IMG/VR virus record: IMGVR_UViG_3300027770_000039
Location: 46,974-110,973 of that record
From: a virus
Direction: 5' to 3' (one strand)
DNA length: 64,000 bases
The position numbers were made by a program, and so were the translations under genes. Positions 50,249-60,942 of this stretch are shown here, in pieces (the first letter of the stretch is position 1; each line of letters opens with the position of its first letter). The notes under the pieces are model-generated. The model did not search any database. It saw only the letters and a list, made by a program, of their open reading frames with translations, and had not been told where the DNA came from.

Positions 50249-50568
50249 GACTATTTACCGTTGTTTCCAACGCCAGATCCATCTTGTGTTGACTTATCTG
50301 TTGATGGGAAAGCTGATGCAGGATCTGCAGCGTATTGCTCACCATTCCATGTTGATGCTGCTTCTACCTTTGGTGATGTAAAACCGTTTAAATCTTTTCC
50401 GTCTGACATTTTTTCTCCTATAGTTTGTATTTAGATGGGGATATAGGTCCATCTATCCCCTTATTATAGCATTTAGTTGATTAAGATTTGTAAGATTTTA
50501 TATAGCAAGATTCGCAAATATATCCGTCTTTTGTTATTCTAGAAGCATTATTTTGGCAGTCTTTTACG

Positions 50569-51321
50569 CTACAATTCATTATTTTTTGATTGATCCCTTT
50601 CTTTTGCCCACCTAAATAGGTCTGCAAGTTTTTCGGTATGATTGGTATTATGATCAGAATCTCCAAAAACTTTATTATGCTCATCCGTATAGTGTTTAAG
50701 ATATTTACTGATCTCTTCAGATTGTCCATCTAAAGAAGGTATTTCTTTATCATTGTCAATAAAGCTATAAAATAGCATAATTAGAAATTCTTCCTCTTTA
50801 AATTTTTTAGGAGTTCTCCAGTGTATTGATAAATTATTATCAAAAATTAAACATTGATTATTTTTTAAAACATATTCTTTTAAATTTACAGATATTGGCC
50901 ACTCGGTGTTTCCGTCTAATTGATAATCTACTATAAATACGGCTTTACTTGGAGTATCAAAATGCGGCCTAAGTGTTGGTTCCCCAAATTCAGAAGAATA
51001 TTTAACTATAGAAACATACTCAAATTCACAATTTGGATTTATTTTTTTTGCAGATTCTTCTGCTTTTTGCCAAAATTCTTTTGGAAAATCATTTGGCCCT
51101 AAATTTAAAAAAGTTTTTCCTGCTAAAGGATCTAATTTTATTACTTGAAAATGGTCGTTTCTTATTTCTTTTTTAAAATCAAGGCCTATATTTTTTTTAT
51201 CATAATACAATTTTTTCCATTTTAAATCAATCCATTTTATTAAATTTTCTTTATTATCTTTTTCTAAAAAATTTTCAATTATTGTAGATTCAATTGAATT
51301 GTATAAAAATTTATTTTCCAT
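50569..51321 (-). CDS. 2OG-Fe(II) oxygenase
   Basis: PHFD..DYQL..W..HWR; paralog of 58208..58804. Confidence 0.75.
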   Translation of the reverse strand: MENKFLYNSIESTIIENFLEKDNKENLIKWIDLKWKKLYYDKKNIGLDFKKEIRNDHFQVIKLDPLAGKTFLNLGPNDFPKEFWQKAEESAKKINPNCEFEYVSIVKYSSEFGEPTLRPHFDTPSKAVFIVDYQLDGNTEWPISVNLKEYVLKNNQCLIFDNNLSIHWRTPKKFKEEEFLIMLFYSFIDNDKEIPSLDGQSEEISKYLKHYTDEHNKVFGDSDHNTNHTEKLADLFRWAKERDQSKNNEL

Positions 51322-51390
51322 ATTACTTAATAATACCATTAAAGTTAAAAAGAGGCAAGGCCTGAGCCCTGCCCCTTTTAATTAAATTAA

Positions 51391-52401
51391 TTACTTAATC
51401 CAATTTACCTTTAGCTTAGGAAACTTTACGTTCCACTTTTTAGCCAAAGCATTGAATTGAGACTTTAAAGATGCAACAATTGCTTTTAAAGACTCATTTT
51501 CTGCTTTTAAAGTTGCAGTAGATGAATCTGCTGCTGCTTTATCTGCTGCACGACCAGCTTTTTCTGCTGCAAGTGCTGAATTAGCAACTGCTAACTCTGC
51601 ATTCTTTGCTGATAGTTCTGATACAACATCACGTACTACAATTGTAGCGCTTACAGACCCTATTGGTGCTGATAAGCCTGTTACGGCTGTTGCTACTGTT
51701 GCGTATGCAACTACTGTTACTGAACCAGTGGCAGGCATTGCTACTGTCTGCTCTTTTGTTCCAAGTGTTGCTGTTGCTGAGTCAGTTGTTAGCGCTGTTG
51801 ACAGTGCTGTTCCAGAGCTTGAAACCAAAGTATTAATTGTGGCTCCACTCTTTAGATTTCCAAATACATCGTATCCAGATACCTTAAGAACTTGTGACGT
51901 ACCCGCTGCTGCTGATGCTGGAGCAGACAAAGTAATTGAGTTCAAAGCACCTGCGGTACCTTGTACATAATAAACTGTTGTTGTTCCTGCACGAGTAATA
52001 GATACTGATCCTACTGCTGTACTTTTAGTATATACATAAAAGTCTGCTGCGGTTCCAGTTCCTGTTGCAATTGATAGCGTTGATGTTCCAGATGCTGCTG
52101 TTACTGCTGAACCAGTTGCTGCAAGAGCAGGTACAAGAGTTGCGTTTACTGCAACTGCTGTTACTATTGTTCCTGCGTCTACTGACGTTACAGCAATCTT
52201 TAATGCATCTGCTGCATCTACACTGTTATCTGCTGGCACTGGTAGTGATACAGGAGTTGTTACTACTGTTCCACCCGTTGCTGCAGATCCCGCCACTGTT
52301 AGTGTGACAGTTCCAGCGTTAGCATTTGCTGCTGGCGATACAAGCATTGTGCTAGTCAGGGCTGCAGCGATGATTAGCGATACTTTTTTAAATGATTTCA
52401 T
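51391..52401 (-). CDS. Secreted Ala/Thr-rich surface (S-layer-like) protein
   Basis: Signal peptide MKSFKKVSLIIAAAL..ANA; beta-rich body; C-terminal coiled coil. Confidence 0.65.
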   Translation of the reverse strand: MKSFKKVSLIIAAALTSTMLVSPAANANAGTVTLTVAGSAATGGTVVTTPVSLPVPADNSVDAADALKIAVTSVDAGTIVTAVAVNATLVPALAATGSAVTAASGTSTLSIATGTGTAADFYVYTKSTAVGSVSITRAGTTTVYYVQGTAGALNSITLSAPASAAAGTSQVLKVSGYDVFGNLKSGATINTLVSSSGTALSTALTTDSATATLGTKEQTVAMPATGSVTVVAYATVATAVTGLSAPIGSVSATIVVRDVVSELSAKNAELAVANSALAAEKAGRAADKAAADSSTATLKAENESLKAIVASLKSQFNALAKKWNVKFPKLKVNWIK

Positions 52402-52768
52402 TTAATTTATTCTCCTCTACTCTATTATCTATTTGATAACAGAATCCTATTGTTGGACATATATATTATACCCTATACTTATAAACGTTTAAGTCAACCA
52501 AATGTCGCTTTTATTCATCTATAAATTTAACATGAAAACTACAGGGATCGTTACCCTCATCCCAGTCAATCATTTCAGCATCTGTGAGTGGGGGACCTTC
52601 GTGTGTATTACAAAATATTTTAGTCACCCAGTTTTTTTCAAGGCCGTACTCATACCAGTCAGAAGCGTTTTTAAATTTATTACCCATTAGTATATAAACT
52701 TTTCTTTTTTCTTAATAGCCTTTTTAATTTTTCTTTTTCTATAAAATTTAATTAAAAAAAATAAATTT

Positions 52769-53674
52769 TTAATCATTAAATAAACCCCTTTTTTCAATTT
52801 CTTTAACAAAACATTCTTTCCAATATTCATGAACAACATCACCATTATGCCCATCTCGTTTTTTTAAAGCATTTTTTGGTAATTTTAGCGTGGGATATTT
52901 TTCTTCTATAAACTGTTCTAATGCAACTCCCTTATCTATTGGAAAAAAATTTCTAAGATGATCATCGTATAAAATCAAATTATTATTTTCTGCGTTGTCC
53001 CATGTAGAATACAAAATCTTAATGCTATTAGCTTTACAGTAACTTTGAAAAATTTTCCATCCTACTCCAAATTCTATAAATTGCTTTCTATGTTCATTAA
53101 TATCAAAACTATTTTCTTTTTTATGTGGACTATTTTTATAACCAGTATCAACATATTTTTGATCATATGTCCAAATTTGTGCATCTTTATTGAAATAATA
53201 ATTTCTTCCAATATTTGGAAGTAATACAAAAAAATGCGTTGGCTTGCCGTACCTATTAGAATACTCAATTAAACTTAAAGCTATCTTATGCCAACCGTTT
53301 CCAGATTTTCCAAGAGAATAATAACCGCCAATATCATAATTTTCTTTTAACTTTGAATATAATTTATGCGACCAAGATTGCTCTAAGTTGCCCCCTACAC
53401 CTTCTGTTTCTGAACATCCACCAAAAACTACATGGTACTTTGAATTATACGGTCCAAATTCATCACATCTAAAAAAATCTGAATTGTACATATATGTCAC
53501 GGTTCCATCGTCTACGCCTAATTCTAATTCAAATGGAGTAGCAGTAAAAATTCTTTTATTAATTTCTTCTTGTGTAAGGTTCCGAAACCATGTTTTATCA
53601 AAATCATTTGAAAACACATCACCTACACCAGAGCTTTGTTTTACTGTCTCGATACCAAAATCTATTCTATGCAT
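52769..53674 (-). CDS. SGNH-like hypothetical protein (paralog of 59535..60284)
   Basis: FRCDEF..FGGCSETEG..W..LGKSG..DGH. Confidence 0.55.
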   Translation of the reverse strand: MHRIDFGIETVKQSSGVGDVFSNDFDKTWFRNLTQEEINKRIFTATPFELELGVDDGTVTYMYNSDFFRCDEFGPYNSKYHVVFGGCSETEGVGGNLEQSWSHKLYSKLKENYDIGGYYSLGKSGNGWHKIALSLIEYSNRYGKPTHFFVLLPNIGRNYYFNKDAQIWTYDQKYVDTGYKNSPHKKENSFDINEHRKQFIEFGVGWKIFQSYCKANSIKILYSTWDNAENNNLILYDDHLRNFFPIDKGVALEQFIEEKYPTLKLPKNALKKRDGHNGDVVHEYWKECFVKEIEKRGLFND

Positions 53675-54368
53675 TGGAATTCCTTAAGTATATATCATAA
53701 AATCCTAATTGGTGTAAAGCTATTCCGTCTACCGACCATCCTTTGTTTAAAAATAAAAATTCATTAACTGATTGGTAAGTTCCATAACTAGTGTCTTCAA
53801 TAATTCCATCATATATCAAGTAATCGTTTAATCCTATAATGCCACCTGGCTTAATAAGATTTTTAATAATTTCTAAAAGTTCTTGAATTTTTTTTCTATC
53901 ATTAACTATATCAACATATACATAGTCAAACTTTTTATTTATTTCCTTAGTAGTCCTTACGGCATCACCAGAAATTATATGAACATTTTCATATTTTAAA
54001 AATTCTTTTTTTATAAAATCTTCATGACTATTTTTATCATAACCCTGAATATGTCTAGGGTGGCACTTACAACTACCAAACTTTCTTTCAGACCAGCATA
54101 GTTGATCTTGATCATATCTATCTAGCAAATATATAGAAGAGGGGTTTAAATTTTCTGCAATTATTTTTGAATAATAACCCCATGCAACCCCAATTTCCAT
54201 ATAATCTAAACCTTGTGGCAAGGTTTTAATATAGGTTTCTCTATTAGAAAAAAGTTTTGATTTATCGAGCTGAGATTGATCTATAAGTACAGCGGACTCA
54301 ATTTGTTCTGGGGGTATGGGGTAGTTTTGAACTCCCTTAATGTTTGATGGCCCAGGAACAAAAGGCAT
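53667..54368 (-). CDS. SAM-dependent methyltransferase (paralog of 47170..47880)
   Basis: MEIGVAWG, FDYVYVD, GGIIGLNDY, YGT. Confidence 0.8.
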   Translation of the reverse strand: MPFVPGPSNIKGVQNYPIPPEQIESAVLIDQSQLDKSKLFSNRETYIKTLPQGLDYMEIGVAWGYYSKIIAENLNPSSIYLLDRYDQDQLCWSERKFGSCKCHPRHIQGYDKNSHEDFIKKEFLKYENVHIISGDAVRTTKEINKKFDYVYVDIVNDRKKIQELLEIIKNLIKPGGIIGLNDYLIYDGIIEDTSYGTYQSVNEFLFLNKGWSVDGIALHQLGFYDIYLRNSNA

Positions 54369-54574
54369 TATTTATCCTTAAGTTCTTCCGCTGCTTCGTT
54401 AAACTTTGACATAAATGTTTGAATTACCCAAAATGCGGTTTCTCCAGAATTTTGTGCCATTGCTTTAGAGGCCTCTTCTGTTCTATCTTCAATAGCAAGG
54501 GCGTTGTACCATTTCTGGTACAACTCCTCACCAATTTCTTTGATAATTTCCTCTAATACGGTAATCTTATCCAA
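54368..54574 (-). CDS. Hypothetical protein
   Basis: 68-aa coupled ORF. Confidence 0.6.
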   Translation of the reverse strand: MDKITVLEEIIKEIGEELYQKWYNALAIEDRTEEASKAMAQNSGETAFWVIQTFMSKFNEAAEELKDK

Positions 54575-55727
54575 GGTCAGACACCATTTTTGTATATTTT
54601 GCTTTGGTGTCTAAAATTAATTTAGCCTTAGATTCATTTAGATTAAGTAAAGCAAGTTGATGTTCTTTTTCTATCCTAACAATTTCATCATTAAATGATT
54701 TGTTTATTGAATCTATTAGCTGTTGCTTTGTTGGTCCCGCTGCAACTACTGGTGCTGCAACTTGTGAGCTGACACCCGTTCCTTGGCAGGTTCCAACACG
54801 AATTGGGCTTGTTGGCATAACGTTACCTTGCTGACCTCTTGCGCCTTTAGTAAACTTAGAATTACACACAATAGATTGCATAATTTCATTGTAATTAGAC
54901 TTAGGGTTATTTAAAACAGCGCCAGCCCAAACTGTTCCAGCAACAATTGCTGAAATAGAGGATCCTGAGCCATTTTTTATTGATCCGTTTGGATTTGTAA
55001 TCGGCATTGCTCCTAAAGCGTAAAAATCTAATAGATTAGCATCGTAGTTAGAAAAATTACTTAGTTCTCCATATTGGTCTGACATGGAAACAGAAACAGA
55101 CTCTGCAATACATGACGGCCAAGCAATTCTTTTATAGTCTCTATTATTTCCTGCTGCAAAAAATACTGGTACTTGTTTTAGAAGCAGGTTTTTTATTGAA
55201 GGTGTTACTGAATTATCTGACGGGCAGTAATTTACTTGAGGATTTTCTACCAAAGAATAATTTGCTTGAGCCATGGCAACGCTTTTAATGTTAAACTTTT
55301 CAGCGTTTAAATTAACCCATTCAAGAGCTTTGGACAAAGTATTGAAACCAGCATCTTGTCTTTGAGATGTTCCAGGAACATTACCAATAATCCTAATAAA
55401 AACTATCTTAACGTTTGGATTTATAGTTACAGAAACAGAAGCCATTTGAGTTCCATGATCAAATCCACCTGCAGACATAATATCTACTGGAAGCTGTGCG
55501 GATCCAGGACCTTCCATAAATGATTTTCCGTTTGGACAACTATTCCATTCCATGATACATACTTCATGCACAACCTTGTCTTTAAAAATTGGCAGAGAGC
55601 TGTTTAAAGCGGTATCTAGAATTGCTATTGCAGGCACAGTGTTTGCTTGTGCCGTAGGTGCCACCTGAATTAAGGTGGAGGCAGAGAGAGTTACAGCGAC
55701 TAGCGCTCTTATTATTTTTTTATTCAT
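54567..55727 (-). CDS. Secreted subtilisin-family (S8) peptidase
   Basis: Signal peptide; ILDT, HGT, AAGN, GSS (catalytic Ser). Confidence 0.85.
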   Translation of the reverse strand: MNKKIIRALVAVTLSASTLIQVAPTAQANTVPAIAILDTALNSSLPIFKDKVVHEVCIMEWNSCPNGKSFMEGPGSAQLPVDIMSAGGFDHGTQMASVSVTINPNVKIVFIRIIGNVPGTSQRQDAGFNTLSKALEWVNLNAEKFNIKSVAMAQANYSLVENPQVNYCPSDNSVTPSIKNLLLKQVPVFFAAGNNRDYKRIAWPSCIAESVSVSMSDQYGELSNFSNYDANLLDFYALGAMPITNPNGSIKNGSGSSISAIVAGTVWAGAVLNNPKSNYNEIMQSIVCNSKFTKGARGQQGNVMPTSPIRVGTCQGTGVSSQVAAPVVAAGPTKQQLIDSINKSFNDEIVRIEKEHQLALLNLNESKAKLILDTKAKYTKMVSDLG

Positions 55728-55928
55728 TTCTATATTGTACTAAAATACTAAAATCCTGTCAAGAGTTTTTGTCTAATCTCCTCTTGTACCACTTTCCAGC
55801 GTCTAGTTCTGGTTGTGATAGATTGTTTGCCTCTAATAAAGTTATCAGCATGTTGTTTAAAAGATCTATCTCAAACTCAATTTTGATTAATTGAAGTTCT
55901 AGCAATCGGATTCTTTCGCTTTTTCTCA

Positions 55929-56141
55929 TTAAATCTTATCCTTATCTATAGGGGTGGGAGCAGTTGCCAGACTTCCACAAGCTGAACATTGCATATCCAA
56001 AAAGTAAGTTGCAATGTCGTAATCAACAAAAACTACTTTAAGGTTCCAAACAAAGCAACCACAAGGGCAAACATGTGTAGGGTATCCTCGTAAATCCATG
56101 GCACTACTATAATCTTTTGGATTCAATTCGTTAATGTCCAT
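55929..56141 (-). CDS. Zn-ribbon protein
   Basis: CPCG...CSACG; leaderless. Confidence 0.65.
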   Translation of the reverse strand: MDINELNPKDYSSAMDLRGYPTHVCPCGCFVWNLKVVFVDYDIATYFLDMQCSACGSLATAPTPIDKDKI

Positions 56142-56156
56142 ACAGTTTATTATACT

Positions 56157-56726
56157 CTAAACTTCAATTATTGTAAAGGGTGGTCTTACCGACATATTAA
56201 ATTTTGCAGCGGCTTCTAGTGCTAGCCTTACTCTTTTACGTGGAGTCTTAATGGCTGGAGTTGAATAGAATGATCCTAAAGATATTTCTTGTCCCGCTCC
56301 TTCTGCCATGTAAGGAACATCAGCTTCCCCAATATGAAAATCTGTATCCATTACAAAAATTCTACCAGCACCTTGAACAGCAATAATAAATACTCCACCT
56401 TCATCGCCGTCCTCCGTAGAACCTGGATTTTGATTACCATAGCCATGCTCTTTAAACAACTCTTTTATTGATTCTACAAACTTAGTTCTCATAAACTTAT
56501 CTAAATTTTTAAACCCAACGTTAGGCTTGTAAAGCGGAGGGGTCCAACTATATTGTAAAATTTGACCCATCCTAAAACTGTCTACGAACCCAATTCCAAA
56601 TTGACCTACTTTAAAAACTTTTGGATCTACTCTTTGAAAGATTAATCCTGTTTTTTCATCAGATGCAGCAGAGTCGCCACCTAGGAGGACTTTATTTTCA
56701 TGGATTAGGGCTACGATTGCAGTCAT
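56157..56726 (-). CDS. Second Ntn-hydrolase/proteasome beta-like protein
   Basis: TAIVAL, GGDSA, PKVF, EGAG, ALEAAAKF. Confidence 0.75.
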   Translation of the reverse strand: MTAIVALIHENKVLLGGDSAASDEKTGLIFQRVDPKVFKVGQFGIGFVDSFRMGQILQYSWTPPLYKPNVGFKNLDKFMRTKFVESIKELFKEHGYGNQNPGSTEDGDEGGVFIIAVQGAGRIFVMDTDFHIGEADVPYMAEGAGQEISLGSFYSTPAIKTPRKRVRLALEAAAKFNMSVRPPFTIIEV

Positions 56727-56751
56727 ATCTAGAATTATACTAAATTTAAAA

Positions 56752-57693
56752 TTATGTGTCCAGTTTGTAAGGGGATATTGATTCTAGCTCAAATAATGCT
56801 TGATCTAATTCAGACTTTAATAAGATTAACTCTTCTATAGCCTGATAATATTTATCTTTCCATTCAGTTAATTCTTTTTCTATTTTGTATAACTCAATTT
56901 TAAGGTCTTTTATTTCTAATTTTAAATGATCTTCTTCTCTTTCTTGCCGTCTAATTTTATCTTTTTTAATGTCCCTAAGACTTGCAATAAGGGCAGTTCC
57001 AACTCCTGATACTAATGCTGCTAGGAGAGCTAACGTTACTTGGCTAATGTTAAATGAATTCACTATACATAATTATATCATCTAAATTGACCTAAACAAT
57101 AACCTCTGTCGCTGCAATTTCTTTTCCAATATATCTCTTTTTTAATATGTATTCCTTAATATGATCTAATCCATTTTGACGACCAGATAAAATTATAACC
57201 CATCTAGGCTCAAATTTTGAATCTATACACGTCTCACAAATAAACAAATTAATAGTAAGAAGAGCAGATTTTCTTATCACTAAGTTGTTTTTACTTTTAT
57301 TACATGAATAACAAAGAATTTTTTCCATTTTATTCTCCCCCTTTTTTGTCTATGTAGAAATTTTCTACATAGGCTAATCTTAAATTTTTACATAATGTTT
57401 GCACTTTGTTTTCCTTCTAACTCGCATCTTACACCGTAAGACTCTATAATCTTTTTTATTTTTGATACATAATCAATAACTATTTCTTTTTTGATCCCAT
57501 CAAATTGTAAAAAATTATCTTCGTATAACCTTAGTGCCAAAAAGTCTGGATATTTAACTATATCCATTAGCAGCATTGATGGCCTTTTAATGCTATGAAC
57601 CGCTTTTTTCATTTCTTCTGTATAAAAGACTGGTTTGTTTGGTTCGCCCGTCCACTGATTTATTCCATATTTAAAGAAATTTTTATCAGACAT
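56752..57693 (-). CDS. Three ORFs: TM/coiled-coil (56752-57063), Zn-finger (57092-57328), hypothetical (57388-57693)
   Basis: ORF track; CYSC..CETC. Confidence 0.6.
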
Positions 57694-57994
57694 GTTTTAC
57701 CTTAAGCCTTTTCCAAATTTCTTTAGTCTTGTGGGTATTTTTTGTTTTATCTACAGACCCAGAATTTAAATAAACTCCACCCCAAACTCCATGTTCATTA
57801 TTTTTTATTGCGTAATCGTAGCACATTTTTATTACTGGGCAGGACAGACATGCCTCATCAATATTTTTTGCAATATTGTAATCAATCTCATATTTTTCAT
57901 AAAATAAATTAGTTTCCATACCCCTGCAGGCACCTAAATGCCACCAGTTTAAATCTTCTTTATCTATTCCAAGACTATTTAAAATATTTGACAT
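57686..57994 (-). CDS. whiB: WhiB-family Fe-S transcription factor
   Basis: W...ACRG...C..CPV..C...GVWGG. Confidence 0.92.
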   Translation of the reverse strand: MSNILNSLGIDKEDLNWWHLGACRGMETNLFYEKYEIDYNIAKNIDEACLSCPVIKMCYDYAIKNNEHGVWGGVYLNSGSVDKTKNTHKTKEIWKRLKVKHV

Positions 57995-58208
57995 AATCTT
58001 TCTTGATCACCCACATTCCATTTTTAGATACAGTAACTTTTTCAACAATACCCCAAGAGTTGTCAAGGTACATTCCTTTTTTGTTACCCCACCCATTAAT
58101 ATTTTTTTTCCAAATATTTACAGTATAGTTATTCCAAAAACCTTTATTAAATTTAGAATTAAATTTTTTAAAAAAAATTTCGACTCCCTTTTCGTTTAAA
58201 AATAACAT
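57975..58208 (-). CDS. Hypothetical protein
   Basis: Coupled ORF; likely start MLFLNE. Confidence 0.55.
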   Translation of the reverse strand: MLFLNEKGVEIFFKKFNSKFNKGFWNNYTVNIWKKNINGWGNKKGMYLDNSWGIVEKVTVSKNGMWVIKKDYVKYFK

Positions 58209-58804
58209 TATCGTCTTTCCATTTCCCACAGTTTTAAGTAATAGTTAGACTTAATTTTCATGTTAGTTTTATGGGACTGTTTGATATCATCTGAATTTGG
58301 ATCACATAGGTGTGCAAATATCATGTCTAAATACTCTCCTTTAGCAAAAGTTCTTTTTTCTCTCCAATGAACTTCATGAGTTCCAGAAAAAATTAATGCT
58401 TGATTATCTTGAAGTATATATTTTTCTTTTTCAACAACGATTGGCCAGTCCCCAACAATAAATTTTTTAAGCTGAACATCTAATGTTAAGACCTCTTTGT
58501 CAAACGCTACGTCATAATGTGGACTTAGAGATGGGTTAACTCCCGTGTCTAAGGTATATCTACAAAATTGAATTCCTAATATCTTTAAATTTTTACCAGA
58601 ATTTTCAAATGCTTTTTTTTCAACATTGTCCCATAAATCAGAATCTCCAGACTCTCTCATATCAAAAGCAGGAATATAATACAGTTGCTGTCCTACTTTT
58701 TTATTATTAACAATTTTTTCAATAGGACATGAGTCAACATATTCATAAATTTTATTTATTTGAGATTCAGAAAAAAAATTACTTATAATTCTACTGTTTT
58801 CCAT
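58208..58804 (-). CDS. 2OG-Fe(II) oxygenase
   Basis: PHYD..LDVQL..W..HWRE. Confidence 0.75.
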   Translation of the reverse strand: MENSRIISNFFSESQINKIYEYVDSCPIEKIVNNKKVGQQLYYIPAFDMRESGDSDLWDNVEKKAFENSGKNLKILGIQFCRYTLDTGVNPSLSPHYDVAFDKEVLTLDVQLKKFIVGDWPIVVEKEKYILQDNQALIFSGTHEVHWREKRTFAKGEYLDMIFAHLCDPNSDDIKQSHKTNMKIKSNYYLKLWEMERR

Positions 58805-59538
58805 TAGTAGGTATCCAAGTGTTTATCTGGATCTCCAGGATTTATCCACAATCCCTTTGAGTCATTAAAGTCATATTTATTTAAAACTGTTTTACTTAAA
58901 TCTTTAAAAACACCTTCATTGTCTTTATCTGCAAAAGAAAATGTATACCATATGGGCATTGTGTATCTTACTCCCGAAGTAACCTTGGTAACTTCATGCT
59001 GATACACGGTTGGAAAAAGTATTAGTGTCCCAGGCTTTGGCTTTATGTCTACTCCATAAGAAGGGAATACAATTCTTCCGCCCTCATAGTCTTCACCAGG
59101 GTACATTAGGCCTGCAATATTTAATTTATAGTAAGAAGATTTTTCTACTGGCTCCCCGTTTGGGTGCAAGCAATCTGTGTGTAAAGCTGAAGCCATTCCA
59201 ACTCTCCATTTAACAAAGTGCAATGAATTCCATGGCTCTGGTGCAACTTCTAGATTGTACTTATCCATGTAATGTTTTTTAATCTCTGCATAGATCTTGT
59301 CCTGATACTTATTCTGTAAAGCATAAACGGTTCTGTTTTCTTGCTTTACACGAGAAAATCTTATATCTTTACCACCAGAAAAATTTGCATCATCTTTGTA
59401 TTGATCTAGATACTGTAAGATTAATTCACGATCTGATTTTTCTAAAAAGTCTTCAATTATAATAATATTTGATGGGTCTTGTCCTATCTTTTCGTAATTT
59501 GTTTTATACGGTTCCCATGTTTTGGCATCTAAGCTCAT
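58804..59538 (-). CDS. 2OG-Fe(II) oxygenase, prolyl-4-hydroxylase-like
   Basis: HTD..DYEGG..LFP..HEV..RYT. Confidence 0.85.
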   Translation of the reverse strand: MSLDAKTWEPYKTNYEKIGQDPSNIIIIEDFLEKSDRELILQYLDQYKDDANFSGGKDIRFSRVKQENRTVYALQNKYQDKIYAEIKKHYMDKYNLEVAPEPWNSLHFVKWRVGMASALHTDCLHPNGEPVEKSSYYKLNIAGLMYPGEDYEGGRIVFPSYGVDIKPKPGTLILFPTVYQHEVTKVTSGVRYTMPIWYTFSFADKDNEGVFKDLSKTVLNKYDFNDSKGLWINPGDPDKHLDTY

Positions 59539-60284
59539 TTGTTCTCCTTTTTTATTAAATTATTTGAGAAAAAATCATATATATTTTGCTGGTTATACAG
59601 CTCATCTTTAGAATTTACAAAGAATTTAAAATCATGTTCGTTTAAAAATTTATTAGTTTCTCCACACCAAGAAGTCCAAACTAAATTTATTCCAACTTGA
59701 TCACAATATTGTTCAAATGCTCTCATCGTATGAAGATATCGAATAGCTAAAAGTTGCATTGGCAAGTTGTTAGGAACGCTTGCTATGTTATGCTCTTTTC
59801 CTTCATTTACTTCTGGCCTGTACTGGTAAAATATTTTTGGCTTATATATCTGGTGTTCTTCCCAAAACCCTAAATCTCTTATCATTTCTGGGGCTAGCAA
59901 ACAGATGTTTTTTGGGTTACCAATACTTTTAAAATACTTATACAAATTTGGAACTATTTTATGTACAGAAGCTCCAGGATAAGATAGGTTAGCAAAAGTT
60001 TCTGCTCCAAAATCTTTGAATATTTTGTATGCCCAACCATCTTCTTCTTTTATATCCATAGGAATAGTTCTTTCGCAACCCGCAAAAATGATTTCTTCTG
60101 GCTGACCTAAAACAAAATCGTCACACCTTAAGCTATAATTATTTTTTCTATATTCTGCTTTACTGTCTTCGTGACCTGGTATCATCCATGTTGGATGGTT
60201 TTCTACCATAGGCTCAATTTTATTAGATATCCAAACAGAGTGTTTCTGCTTTAAGTCTTGCGATTGCTCTAAATATGACTTCAA
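59535..60284 (-). CDS. SGNH-like hypothetical protein
   Basis: LRCDDF..FAGCERT..W..NLSYPG. Confidence 0.5.
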   Translation of the reverse strand: MKSYLEQSQDLKQKHSVWISNKIEPMVENHPTWMIPGHEDSKAEYRKNNYSLRCDDFVLGQPEEIIFAGCERTIPMDIKEEDGWAYKIFKDFGAETFANLSYPGASVHKIVPNLYKYFKSIGNPKNICLLAPEMIRDLGFWEEHQIYKPKIFYQYRPEVNEGKEHNIASVPNNLPMQLLAIRYLHTMRAFEQYCDQVGINLVWTSWCGETNKFLNEHDFKFFVNSKDELYNQQNIYDFFSNNLIKKENK

Positions 60285-60369
60285 TTACACTCCGTTTATT
60301 TAATTACTAGTCTAATTGTACAGTAGTTAATGAGTGTTTGTCAATCCTTTTTTTATTTTTTGTCATATA

Positions 60370-60942
60370 TTATTTGCCACAAGTTGGGCATTTTTTGACA
60401 ACGGATTTAGAAGATTTTTCTTTTGTTTTATTGATTGATGTTCCTTCAAATTTAGGTCGACCAAATCCTACAATAGACACAAGAATTCCCTTTTTATTTT
60501 TCTTATAGGCACGAAGTTTTTTACAGCATTCTCCACCATTTCGCTGGCTGCCTTTAGCATCTCCAGATGTATTTCCTTCTACGCACCAAACGGTTCCGTC
60601 TTCATTGTCTTTTACAACAATACCAACGTGAGAAATTCTGTCTACGCCATCTGATGGAAAATCAAAATATGCAATATCTCCTGCTTCTGGATCTGCAATA
60701 TCTGTATCAATCCATTGCCCAGCTTTTTTAAATGCAGCTGCGCCACCTGGAGTATAAACTGTATTGGGTATTTTTACTCCTGCTTCATTTCCACACCAGT
60801 TAACAAATGATCCACACCATGGCTGGAAGTCTGCTTTTGTATATTTACCGTACTTAGTTTCATTATCTTTTGGTCCTTCAATGTATCCAACTTCAGCAAG
60901 TGCTACTTCAACAAGCTTATCTGCTGTTCCTTTATCTGACAT
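60370..60942 (-). CDS. CHAP-domain amidase (endolysin)
   Basis: PWCGSFV, GDIAYF, SHVGIV, EGNT. Confidence 0.85.
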   Translation of the reverse strand: MSDKGTADKLVEVALAEVGYIEGPKDNETKYGKYTKADFQPWCGSFVNWCGNEAGVKIPNTVYTPGGAAAFKKAGQWIDTDIADPEAGDIAYFDFPSDGVDRISHVGIVVKDNEDGTVWCVEGNTSGDAKGSQRNGGECCKKLRAYKKNKKGILVSIVGFGRPKFEGTSINKTKEKSSKSVVKKCPTCGK

